From positions 1-34,888 of the forward strand of contig NIVC01004798.1 of assembly GCA_002269645.1 (NCBI GenBank): 34,888 bases of DNA. Reading direction: 5' to 3'. The position numbers were made by a program, and so were the translations under genes. The notes under the pieces were generated by a model. That model did not search any database, had not been told where the DNA came from, and was given only the letters and a program-made list of their open reading frames with translations. Of this stretch, positions 1-11,900 are shown piece after piece. This DNA comes from Macrostomum lignano. Lineage: Eukaryota. The first letter of the stretch is position 1. Every line of letters begins with the position of its first letter.

Positions 1-298
1 ACATCCTACTATCCTACATCCTACTATCCTACATCCTACTATCCTACATCCTAACTATCCTACATCCTAACTATCCTACATCCTACTATCTACCATCCTA
101 CGATCCTACATCCTACTATCCTACATCCTAACATCCTACATCCTACTATCCTACATCCTATATCCTACTATACTACGTCCTAACATCCTAACATCCTACT
201 ATCCTACACACTATCCTACTATCCTACATCCTACATCCTACATCCTTCTATCCTACACACTATCCTACTATCCTACATCCTAACATCCTACATCCTAT
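1..298. repeat. Degenerate short-period satellite, ~15-bp unit ACATCCTACTATCCT, truncated by the window start
   Basis: Continuous ATCCT/ACATCCT/ACTATCCT reiteration from base 1 to ~298. Confidence 0.9.
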
Positions 299-426
299 TC
301 AACAGGGGCGATCTCGGCGTAATTAATCAACATACAATTAGAATTATTTTGTCTCTGGCCAAAATTAAGGCTGCATATTTCAAAGTAACATATTTATTTG
401 ATGATTATGCGAATTAGGTGGGCTAA

Positions 427-1904
427 ATTTATAGAGGGGTAACTTGTAGCCAAGGCGATTACAAACTTAGCAGTAGCAATACAAAAGATCGCATCGTCGA
501 AAGTTTAAAACAAAATGCGCTGCAGCCAAACCGAAGACAGCGCCAGCGATTCATCCAGCCATTCGGAAGCCAGCGTCTTCCAACGCCAGCATCGCAGACT
601 GCAGAAGAGCAGGACGGACAGATGTTCTTATCGATGCTCCCGTTGCGAAAGCAACGAAGCAAACAAGCAAAGCAGTCGGAGGGCTCGACAAAGAGCCGCT
701 GCAGGCAGTTGTGCAGCCCTCACAAGCGCAAGCTGTTGTCGAGACCAGGTACTCGTAGGTTTGAAAGAGACGCCATTGAGCAGTCGAGCTCCAAGGTTGC
801 ATACCAAGCAGCGATTTCTCCTTTGATTTCGTCTGATGCTTGCTCGGGCGACATGAGCGGCGACCAAGTGAACCTTGATTCAAGCGCTTTAGCCAGAGTA
901 CTAGCTAGGATAGCTAAACAAAACATCAACACATCGAACGGGCAGCATCGCCAGCTGCCGAGACAGCAGCAAGTGCCATCGTCGAGGCGGAGAACTGGCT
1001 ACCAACAATCGCCAATGCAGTCTGAATCGCCTGTGCAAATTCCAATGCCGCGTTCGCCGTCCCCACTTCCGCCGTCGCCGGCTGAGCAGCGGCAGCGGCA
1101 GTTTCAATCGCGACGCGGCAACCGGGAGAATCGCCGAAGCGACTACACAGATTGGGAATACGAGCAAAATTCCTCGAATTGGAACGAAATCTATCGCAGT
1201 CCAGATGACTTCCGGAGGCGAACGAGCAGTCGGCAGTCTTGCAGCAACCGCGACAGCCTGCGGTCCAGCCGTCGAGAAGGCAGTCGCAGCAAATTCAAGA
1301 GCCGCGCAAGCAACAACAGAAAAGAAGCCGAGAACTTCGTCAGAAAGAGCAACTGCAGCAACTGCCGCGCCAGTCGAAGCTTCAAATGGACAAGATTTAC
1401 TCCGGCAATCATGCGCCAAGTGACTTGATGCTGCCCGGACGAACGAGGCGATGCCAGAGACCAGATCGGAGCAGAATGCGCTATCAAATGGACGACTACG
1501 ATCAAGACGAGCCTGACGATACATGCCGGGAGGAGGATGAAGACTTGAACTTTTTCCAACCGTCGAGCAGCGCGCAGCACCGGATGGAGAATCCAGAGAG
1601 ACAGGCTGCGGATCGTCGGTGGAAAAAATACGAAACTTTGTCTGATCGGCAGACGGCAGCCTCTCGCCCACGACACTTGTGCCGCGATGGCAACAAACTG
1701 CAGCCGACCCAGAACCGTCGGGAAACGCTCTTCCACTGTCCCTATGTGACACTGTCGCTGCACACCCAGACGTTCGAGTGCGCCGAGTGCATTGCCGCCG
1801 CTCGAGACCAACGCGGCGGACGGCACGACAGAAGCAGGTATCGGAGAGACCTGCCGGACGAAAGCGACGAATCTCCGGCCGGTTGGTCAAAGAACTGCCG
1901 CTAA
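427..1904 (+). CDS. Possible large exon or frameshifted gene encoding an unknown low-complexity R/S/Q-rich protein
   Basis: Stop-free frame 427-1428 and overlapping stop-free frame 1209-1904; GC-rich relative to flanks; possible acceptor TTGTAG ending at 449; no recognisable domain. Confidence 0.35.
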
Positions 1905-3070
1905 AATTGCTGGTGTGCTACCGACTAGCAGTTCCATGCAATCCTAGATTTGAATAGATCGACACTTTCTGAATGCTTCATGTTATATGCATGGTAGTCG
2001 GGTTGGTCGTCATTGTGTTGCATTTTCCTCTCTTTTTGTCCGCTTCAAGATGTCCAATTGTCTCAACTTTATGTAGCTGAAAATCGTATTCGTACTTTCT
2101 TCGTGAAACTGCCTGTGAACAGCATTGCCTAATTTCTTCTCATCTGTTCTCTATGCCTACGGCTAAATTGAACGCAATCTACCCCTCAGCACGTACACGT
2201 AACTTGAAAAAATGGTTCGTCTAAAATTGCAAAAGATGCCACAATGTCCGAAAATTCCTTTGTTGTCGCTGGTACCCCCTGCGTGGTCTATCCATACCAT
2301 ATGAGTATAGAAAACAGAATAATATATACTGTTTTTTTAACTGAAGCAAGCATATTTTATCATTTTTATTAATGGTGTCCAATGATTTGATATTTTGTTA
2401 TTTTGATTTAAAATTTTCAATGCAGCGTAAGATTGACAGCAACAAGTTGACAGGACAGGAACGTGAACTTTTATACAAGAAATTCTAATATCAAGTGCAC
2501 CATTTCTGTAGTCGTAGGCCAAAATACTCGTAGATATTACCCAAAGTTTCCTACTCAAACAGGTTTTGGCTGCATGGATGCGGTGATGTTACATGCAAGT
2601 CTCATCCCAGCTAGTACGCCTTTTTAATAGACGAACTGATTATTACTTTGATTATTAGGTCTACCTGTAAGCCAGGTTGAGGAAATTCGGGAAAGTATAT
2701 ATCAAGCTACAGTGTGTTCGAATTCGTCATTAATTCGAACTTGAACTTGAACTGTCAGGTTCAAGCTCAATTTAAGCAACCGATCAGTAATGTCACCTGT
2801 CTATAGCTGCGCTGTGATTGTGGAGAGCTGAAGTAGATACAGATGGACCCGTACAGGAACGTATCGACGTATCGCCAGTGCCTTTAGTGTTCTAGAGAAC
2901 GCATAGCTCTGAATGGGGGTTTCGCCATAGACAAAATCGGTTGGAGAAAAATCAGATTTTTTAGAACATACTAGATATGCACTAACAATTCGTACAGTAG
3001 TATGTACGGTCCTTACTGACCGCCAGCTCATTTCTAAGAAATAGAGTTTCTCGTTAAATTTCACACAGCC

Positions 3071-3290
3071 GTCGCGCTCTGTGTGACGGACGACATCGAG
3101 GCTGCCACTTTTTGACTAGAATCAGGTGGGACAGACGACAAAGCTTCCACGTCGCGCGCCGCTCCAGCGTGGTCGTCAGCGTCCACTGCGTCTCGGCGTT
3201 GTAGAGCAGGCCGGTCTCTCTCGATCATCGTCTGCCCTAGCTAGCGCTCTGGCGATCTGGGAAGCGCTTTGGACTGATCAAGACGGCGCG
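3071..3290. mobile_element. Two short fragments of an RTE-clade LINE in opposite orientations
   Basis: + strand 3071-3115 reads VALCVTDDIEAATF*; - strand ~3150-3290 reads ETGLLYNAET-WTLTTTLE preceded by an AVL..LPDRQ-like segment, corresponding to the same RT C-terminal region as the larger copy. Confidence 0.65.
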
Positions 3291-3299
3291 AATTGACGG

Positions 3300-4260
3300 G
3301 TAGGCCGCCCATGCAAGTCCTTTGCGCCGCCAGTCCTCTCCACGTCGGGCACATCAGGAGCAAAACACGCTGTCACGGTCTTCAGAAGGCAGCCTCACAG
3401 CAGGGCGCGCCTCTCGACCAGATCACGAACAAAGACCACGTCACCGACCGAATTCGGGGCGCCAGCTTCAGTCAGCACCAGCAGATAGTCGACGAAATGC
3501 TGGGTGCGCGCCTTCCCCCGCCGGTAGGGTGCCAGCAGCGTCAGCAGCAGCACCTCCTGCACAGGCTGCGGGCAGTACGACTCGCCGCGGAGGATGTGGC
3601 CTGCCAGTTGGAGTCGCCGCCGACGGTGCAACGCAGGTCGCTTTAATTGGACCGGGCCAGCGCGATGATGCAGTGCCGCGTTGGAAACTCGCGATCGTCA
3701 CCCATCTTGAAGGCGGCGCGCAGGAGGCCAGACTTCGCCGCGTCTACTTGATGCTCGAGATGGTCCGAGAGCGTCCCGGTGTTGTACAGCGTTGTACAGC
3801 AGGACTGTCTCAGCCAACCGCCTGGAACAGCGCCACCCTCTAGCAGTCCATGTATTGGGTCTTGGACTGCAGGACTGCCCTCGCAGAATAAAAGGCAACC
3901 CCGCGGTGACGCCACTCAGGTTCTCGCGGATGCCGGAAACCAGACCGCCGAGGTAGATGAACTGTTGACAACAGTTGGACTTGGCACACTTGGTGCTGCT
4001 CCATGCAGCTTTTTAAGTTGATGAGAGTGTCCGGTCTGAGCTGCACCAGCCCCATCCACAATCCTCGACTCGAACTGGCAGGCCACGCGATCTGGGATAT
4101 GAGAGCTACGCATGTACTGCTCCCAGCCTGTTCAGCACGTCCTGCTGCTCATTTTAGTGGGACCTTTAAGGCGGGCTCAAGCGCGGGACCCGGAGAGATA
4201 ACGTCCCCGCGTAGACTGCATCCTGAGAAATCTGAGACATGGCCCGGACGTTGTCCGCTC
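3300..4260 (-). mobile_element. Degenerate, 5'-truncated RTE-clade non-LTR retrotransposon (RT C-terminal half, frameshifted)
   Basis: - strand translations: GDVISP (eroded QGDxLSP motif, ~4200), CQQFIYLGGLV (FxYLG motif, ~3940-3970), RAVLQS, LYNTGTLSDHLEHQVDAAKSGLLRAAF and RRRLQLAGHILR...RRGKARTQHFVDYLL ending at the stop at 3395; RRRLxxxGHxxR is typical of the RTE RT C-terminus. Confidence 0.8.
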
Positions 4261-4701
4261 GCATGCTTCAGCGTGCCACCTGACGTTGTCTTCACTGACT
4301 TACTGCGCATCCTTGTTCTAGTTTGTTGTTTTTGTTGTCTACAATGTACATGAAATTCAGTTTAGTTCAGGTTGTGACTAGCGAAAATTAAGTGTAAGAG
4401 AAAGAGTAAATATAATTACAAGTTCAATGGGTAACCACGGACATTTCGTCAACCGGCATGTTAGCCCAACGTTAAAAATTGTCATGTTACATGTACTTTT
4501 ATTTGAAACATGACTGCAGTTTTAAAACTGAAATAATTACAGAGAGACGGACATCAGCCCCAGCATACAATATGGCCTCCGAGAAGTGTACATGTACGTG
4601 CGAAACATTTGCATTGCCATTTGACTTATATATTAAGGCAACCATTTTCGTTTCTGCAAAAAGTTACTTCCAAGGAGTGTACACATTCTAAAAAATTAAG
4701 A

Positions 4702-5904
4702 CAGGGACAACTTAAACTACCGGGACGCGAAACAAGCCAAATCATGGCGAAAAAAGTTGGGGGCTCGTTTGAGTCTATGGGCGCCCAGTTTTTTATGTAT
4801 TAAATGCATTACGATCAGCGTAGCTGCTGAAAAGACTAAGGCCACAGTATTATTTTTGCTTGAAATCGTTCAGTAGGTTGTCTAAAACATTTATTTTTAT
4901 TCATTTTTAAATGTTTTTTCGTTTTATTTGAGTAGTAGAAAAACGGTCGTACAGAGCACAATGACATACCTTCGATGAGAACTTTACCAGGCCTTTAAAA
5001 TAAACATTCGTAAGCCGACGACTTATACTGCCGTGTCTATGGAGCCGTCGCACTTCAGTGCTGCAACAAGCTTTTCATTGAAGACTTGGGGAGCGAGTGT
5101 TACCTTCGTTTTTCTGTATGCTTGAAGGATAGCAAGCTTTGTGGGTTAATTCCGTTCGTTTGACAACGTGATCTTCTGATTTGTACAGTCGGATCACGTC
5201 CATCCATTTGGCCGATATAACTCTGCACCTGGCGGTTGAATAGTCAAGGTTCCATTGGATTCAGTTTGCCAATTGTTGCAAGTCTCGAATCAAAACTGGC
5301 GTATGCATAATGAATGCGCTAACGGAGACGTTTAGGACAATAAAGACTGTCTGTCTGTCCGTCTGTATGAAGCTTGGAGCGAAAGCCAGAGAAGAGGATC
5401 TTTCGGTCTTTCATGTCGACCATTCTTCAACATGGGGTATCACTTGACCAGCAGTGCTTTTGACATATGTCCATGTGTTCAGTCACTTTCTAGAATGGTA
5501 AATTTTATCGCAGTAATTATTTTTAACAATTAGTTTGTAATAAATTCATCCACGCATACGAGCGTGTGTATGATCGCTTAGAATGTCAACATCTTTCTTA
5601 CCTCAAAAATACTTGGTAGGGTTTGTCTCCAACGCTCCCGTTCTTGTGCATCTCAAGGAAAAGCAAATATCTTGGTTCGGCTTTCTTCTGAGAATTATAG
5701 TTTGATCTGCAGTTAAAGGCGCTGCACTTTATCGAAAGTTTTCACACTCGCACAAGAGTTGAGGGCTTTTTATTTGGCCTCACACCTCTTTAGACTTAAG
5801 AGTTACAGTTGGAATAACCATAGAACAGTGGATTCAAACGAGCCCCCAACTTTTTTCGCCATGATTTGGCTTGTTTCGCGTCCCGGTAGTTTAAGTTGTC
5901 CCTG
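4702..5904 (-). mobile_element. Non-autonomous P-superfamily DNA transposon (internal deletion derivative), 1203 bp
   Basis: Perfect 71-bp TIRs (4702-4772 and 5834-5904) starting CAGGG; 8-bp TSD AATTAAGA at 4694-4701 and 5905-5912; - strand THAP remnant KCSAFNCRSNY / FAFP*DAQERERWRQTLP (~5730-5600); transposase remnants NNWQTE, SAKWMDVIRLYKSEDHVVKRTELTHKACYPSSIQK and KVTLAPQVFNEKLVAALK (~5280-4985). Confidence 0.9.
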
Positions 5905-8900
5905 AATTAAGATTACATAACATTGCCACTTCTTTTGTCCAGATAATTATTTTGCTGAGTTGCCTTTGATTGTTGACGAAATGTTCTGCAGCTGTTAATT
6001 ACATTGCTTGTAAGTGCTATTTAGTAAGCTAATGTAATAGAAAATTAAAAAAAATAAATAAAATCGGGATTTGTGGAGCAAAACAATCCATTAAGCTTTA
6101 TGTATTTGTTTAAACCGTTCAAATGTTCAAAACTGCTTCTTTCTTCGAAGCCGTAAATAATTCTGATGTTTTCATTATCATGTTAATATAACAGACTTCT
6201 CATTCTTTATTTATCAGTAGTTTTTCGCTTTTTAAAATAATATTTGATATTTAGTTACTTTACTAAAAAAGTAAACGATAGACTTATGCTTATTTTATCA
6301 ACATAAATAAGGCTAAGGCCAGGGTAAGGGTAGAGAAACAGGCAGGCAGGCACCACACCAGCACAGCACCAGGGACCAGGGTTAATTTGATGGGAATAGT
6401 TCCAGCATATCGCGCAAGCAAACCTCTTTGATACGATTTGTTCCAGCGCATGGCTCATTCTAACTTTTTGATAGGATTCATTCTGGCGCAGACATGCCAT
6501 GTCTATGATCCTGACTAGTCTATGGACCTAGGCTAGGGCTCTTTTTTATTTACTATTATATTTAATAGTAGTAATATCAAATATCTTAAAGCATTTATAC
6601 TAGTTAATCTAATATTATATTCTATATAGATCAATTGTCTCATAATGTGCCAGCTACACAGGAACATTTTAGGCTGCCACAAAAATTGTGTGCGGCGCAG
6701 TGTGCAGCCAGCAGTTATGCTTTGCATGCGGGACCTGTGGGAAGTTGCAACAATAAAGGGTCTTTTTTGCAATTGCAACAATAAAGGACCTTTTTGCAGT
6801 TGCCAGTTCCAACAACTATATGCACTACACATGGATTCATTAAATTCATTTACAAAAAATGCAACTTTACATTAATTACATCAATTACATTGTTCAGCAA
6901 TACTAACATTAAAAAACAATGACTAAAATTTGTAGGCCTAACACCATTAGTATAATTAATATATACACAAAGAAAAACAGTTCTGAGATCTATTTTTTCC
7001 TTGCATTTATAGAACTCCATCATAGACTTTTTAAAAAGTAAAAGTTTAACAAAACAAAAAAATAGTTCTTTAGTTTTTAGTGCACCAATGCTGCCCAGCA
7101 GCATACAAATTTGCTATGTGCAGTAAGCACACAGCTATATATAGGTGGTAATGGCTCCATGCCACGCTGTGTGCATGCGCAGCACAGATATTCGAAAGCC
7201 CATCTGTGCAGGAATTTTTAATAAACATTTTTGTAAAAAGCTATAGCAAATATAGATAGATATGGTCAAGAATTGTGATCTCTAGAGTGTTATAGACAAG
7301 CATATAAACAAACTTTAGAGATTTAGTATATTTAGATTTTTTATTATAACCTGGCTTTACATATTTAATTTTTAGCTTTAATATTTATAGTGATATTTAG
7401 GTCAAATAGATAATAACTTAATATAAGAAATGAGAAATAATAAGAAGTGTTGCATAGAAGAATAGCAATTTGTTATTATTGATTAGTAAATAGTGCATTC
7501 TGTTTAGCTATGATGTTGTTACAAGTATGTTACCCTAGTTTAATAGTACAATTAAATCACTTGTCATATATTGTATAAGTGGTAGTCTAAGCTCACTCAA
7601 ACTTACTGCCTAACCTTACTACTATCAATCCCATTTACTGCTCTATACTATTGCACTAATAATTGTTACTACTAAAATATCTAACTCACTTTACTTCTGT
7701 ATTCAAAATTGTAACTTCACCATATTGTAGCTGTTTAATTGACTGCTTTAAAAAATTATTATACTACATCAAGAAAAGTTTTTTTCCAAAATTACTTTTG
7801 CCATTATGATTAGTTTATTATTATACTAGTCATTCTTGGCACTTTTTAAATATCAAGATTTGATTGAGATTCAATTAAAAAAGTCAACATCTCTAATAAC
7901 AACTGGAGATCAAGATCTTACCCAACCTCTAATATACTTGTATATTATAGTCACCATGTCAATCTGGATTAATTTAGAAGAAAATTATATTCATACACTA
8001 AAATTCTCATACTCATGATTACAAAACAACTTAACCAGTTACAACCAACATTTTAAATTTCTATTTCTGATAGTTCCTCCCCCTGCAAGGTTTTGGTATC
8101 ATCAGCTGCATTACTGAATGAAATTAAAGGCAATCTGCAGACTATGTAATCGAGGTAAGAATGCTATGACCATATGGCAACTGTTGACATCTGAACAGAA
8201 TGAAATAGTATGTGTCATGGTCATGGAACATCAACTTTAATTTTGGCATCCTAAATTTGTAGATCATTAAATGTTTAATTGGCATCCCATTTTTAAGCTA
8301 GATAATGATTTGGTTTTGGTTTCATATTTTTGTAATTGATGTTTTATTTGAAGTATCAGTAACTTAATTATTTCCTTATTAATTAATCTCTATACATAGG
8401 GCCTTTAGACTTTTGCAAGTTCTGCAGGCTGGAGAGGCTCAGCAGTGTAAAGGGTAGGGTAGAGATGCCAAAGTTTTTGACTAATGCCAGTTTGGAATCT
8501 TTGATTCTGGTTTTCAGTTGGGAGCACAGATACTAGAATAACTAGATGGGCCACTCAGCACATTTGCGTGTAAGCTACTTTCAGTTCAGTAGTAAGTTAA
8601 ACTAAAGCATTTTAATGCATTTTAAAAGCCAAGGCTTATTTATTGGCTCTTAACCCCCCCCCAGCTTAAACCCTCCAACCGCGCCTTTCCGCACTTACCC
8701 CCTCCGTCCCGCCCCAATTTTTATTGCCATTCTTGGAATTCCAGCCTAAAGCTTCCATGTACATTTCAGTGGACTGGCCAATGTACATTATTGCTGAACC
8801 AATTAGCAAGTTGTTTACGCCTGCAAGATTTGGCTTCCAAACCTACCAAAGTCATTTCAGCTGCCTTTATTTTTATAAAATAGCTTATGTATTCTTCTTT

Positions 8901-11900
8901 TCTACCGAACTGAAAGTAGAAAGCTGCTTTACAAGTATATATGCCTGAGTGGCCCATATATTTATTTCACTATGTGTGGTTGGAAGTGGGTTCACAAATG
9001 AAATTTCACAACGTCAAAAGCACCTTTCTTCACAAGATTGAAATTTCACGAAATTAATGTGTTTAGTTACTACTTCTAGCCACAGAATATTCTGTGCTTC
9101 TAGCTACTCAGTTACAAGTAGTATAATCTTAATAATGTTTACTACTGACTGATTTCAAGGTTGGCCAGCACGCAGTCGCGCTTATCACAGCATAGCGTGG
9201 ATACCGCAGGCCCGAGACGCCGACTCTGCTGTCGCCGCCTCAGGCCGGCAGAACTCTGTCAGACGATGCTGCAGCGAAGCCAAATCCGACGCTGATGATG
9301 AGTCATCGATTACAGCTAGACAAGTGGTTGCATTGTCAGCTTTTGTCCTGCTTGTGTCCTGCAAGTACGCCTTATATTATAAATACTATGGACAGAGTTC
9401 TAATAGAAATAGTGTTGATGGCAGTTGCCACACCGGCAGTGACGAGTCTGTCAAGTAGTATGAAGCGAACATTATTAGCGTTAATAATTAACCAATGAGT
9501 TGGGTATTTAGGCAGTTATTAATCAAATAATGTTCATCGTGTTCTCTTTTTGCGGCTTTCGATGTGAAAAAATAACTTTGATGATTTGTGATTTCTTTGC
9601 AAAATTTCGTTTTCGTACGACATAGGAAGATTTCGAGAATGGAAAAGTTGCTTTTAGAATTTTGTTTATCAATCAATCAAAACTTACTATTTTTCTAACC
9701 CTATCACAAGCTGGCAAATTTTGCTGGAGTATATTCTAGAATGCTTTAGTTTTTCTCAACACTAAATACCCAGTAGTTATCTCGCTTTCTGGACTCAAGT
9801 TTATCAGAAATTTTTTTTGAGAAAAAAAGAGTATTTATTGAAGAGCGGCAACGCTAAAACTAAACTTGTGTCTTTTAAAACGGATCTATCTCGCAAAGAT
9901 TTGCGATAGATTTTGCATAGCGCCGAATGAGGTTTTGCCATAGACAGATCTGAAACTTTGCTTGGTTGGCGATCTCCCCCAAACATTTCATTATACCATT
10001 TCAATCTGTAGAGTTTAGCAAAAGTGACTACTGTAACAAACTAACTGATAAAAGCAAGATAAAAACATAAAACAGTCACTGTCACTGCTTTAGTGATCCA
10101 ACTGTCACATGGAACTGACTCTACCTAAGGCAGTATATAGATTCTGTGTGTTTCTGTATGAATTTACTTCATGTTCATTAGTTTAGGCTCTCATCTTCTC
10201 TATAACTAAAGTTGGAGTGTACTTTTCATTTTTGGTATTGCTACGTAATAACTGTATCTGCCTCATTCTGCAGTAAATTTTTCTTTAAAAAATATATGTA
10301 ATTGTTGATAAGAGTAATTTTTATAACAAAACATGCAATTTCGTTTTTCGAGTTTCTTTATTTACAAATTAGCACCTTTACACCGTTGGCACGTTTTCTT
10401 CGACGATAAACTGACGTCTGCGTCTCTCGGTCGAACAACTCCCCAATTTTCGTGTGATCAACCGGCTTGTACTTTATGCGTCATTCGGTTTACATGTAAT
10501 AATAGCTCATTGGATGGCCGTATGAACAAATGAAATTAATAGCGAGAATTTTTTTCAAGACTCAAGTGGCACCATAGCTGCATACAATAACGTAGGCTTA
10601 CCCATTTTAAAATGGTCCAATTAAAGTATGTTTTAGTCCGAGTGTGATTTATAAATTGCTGAGAAAGTTAAAACAATTTTGTCGATTTTGTCAACTGGCA
10701 ATGCTTAAAATAGGATAATCACGACTACTAAGCCTTTTACCATACATGTTCTACATGTAAACAAACTTATTAGAGAAAAACCTTGACTAGAGATACTGTA
10801 TATAGAACCATCCAGAAGTAAAACAAATATAGAGGTACTCAGCAACATGTACACTTAATACAGAGGTGCACTCAACGTACATGCGCCTCTTTATCTGTAA
10901 CTTACGTAATTCATATAGTAGTGAAATTCACAGGCATCATTACAATTGGGTGGCCCTTGTTTTAGCTTGACTATATTTTTAAAATATTGTATGATAATGT
11001 CAGTACATGTATGAAGTTTCTACTTTAACAAATGCAGCTGTGGTACTATTTTTGAAATTAATAGAGCTTTATGCTCGTACAACCGGACAGACAGACACAT
11101 CTTAGACAACTAGTTGGACCGAAATGCATCAAAAGAATATAATCTATGTTGATCTTCACTTTTTATTATATATTTAATAACTACTTCTAACAACAAATAG
11201 CAAAATCTTATCTTCGTTTATCAATATAGAGTATAAAGAAGTTAAATATTCTAATAAATAGGCATACATGCGCAATAGTCAACCGAGTCGGCCGATCTGG
11301 CTGACCGATTTGGTGGCCAACCAAGGAAGTTGCAATAATGCCCACCCTAAAAAATAACCAACTAGTAGTACTAAGTAGCTGATGAGGCATTTTGGCTTAA
11401 TAAGACAATAATAGTTAATCTTGCCATTTACCCAAAGTTGCATTAATTTTGGTTTAGGGTTTTTTACATGTAAGTCATATTTATGGCCAAAAATGTCATA
11501 TTTTTGTTAAAACTAAGTTGCATGGCAAACCGAATTTTGGATGTTGCACATGTATGTAAATAGGTATCACTATAAATCTATAATTAAAAAAACTAGGAGC
11601 CTATTTATTCCTATATATTAAAATGGCATCATTTAAAGTTGCACATAAATTTCTAGTTTTTTAGTACAATCAGATTCATAATTAAACAAAATATTAAAAT
11701 ATAGGCCCCATAGTCCAGATCATGCTAGGTGCATGATGCCCATTTTCAAAACTAAGAAGGTTGTCTGTAACAATAAATGACCTTTTTATGTTGTGAGAAT
11801 AAAATACATTTTTTTAAATTGCATAATGGACCCTTTTGGCAAATAATTTCATTAATTTTTCTACTTTTTTTGACAATATTTTTCATAGTAGAAAAATGAT

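Noticed and set aside
901-1890. 329-aa and 211-aa minus-strand ORFs as genes
   Set aside because: Probably antisense shadows of the GC-rich + strand frames; no domain or splice support
3071-3290. Twin-priming 5' inversion explaining the inverted RTE piece
   Set aside because: The fragments are convergent, whereas twin priming gives a divergent arrangement
4702-5904. hAT classification of the TIR element
   Set aside because: CAGGG ends and an 8-bp TSD fit both, but the THAP and KVxLAxQVFNEK-type remnants point to the P superfamily
11279-11306. Imperfect palindrome GTCAACCGAGTCGG/CCGATCTGGCTGAC as a structured RNA
   Set aside because: Only about 10 of 14 Watson-Crick pairs, no loop and no other support
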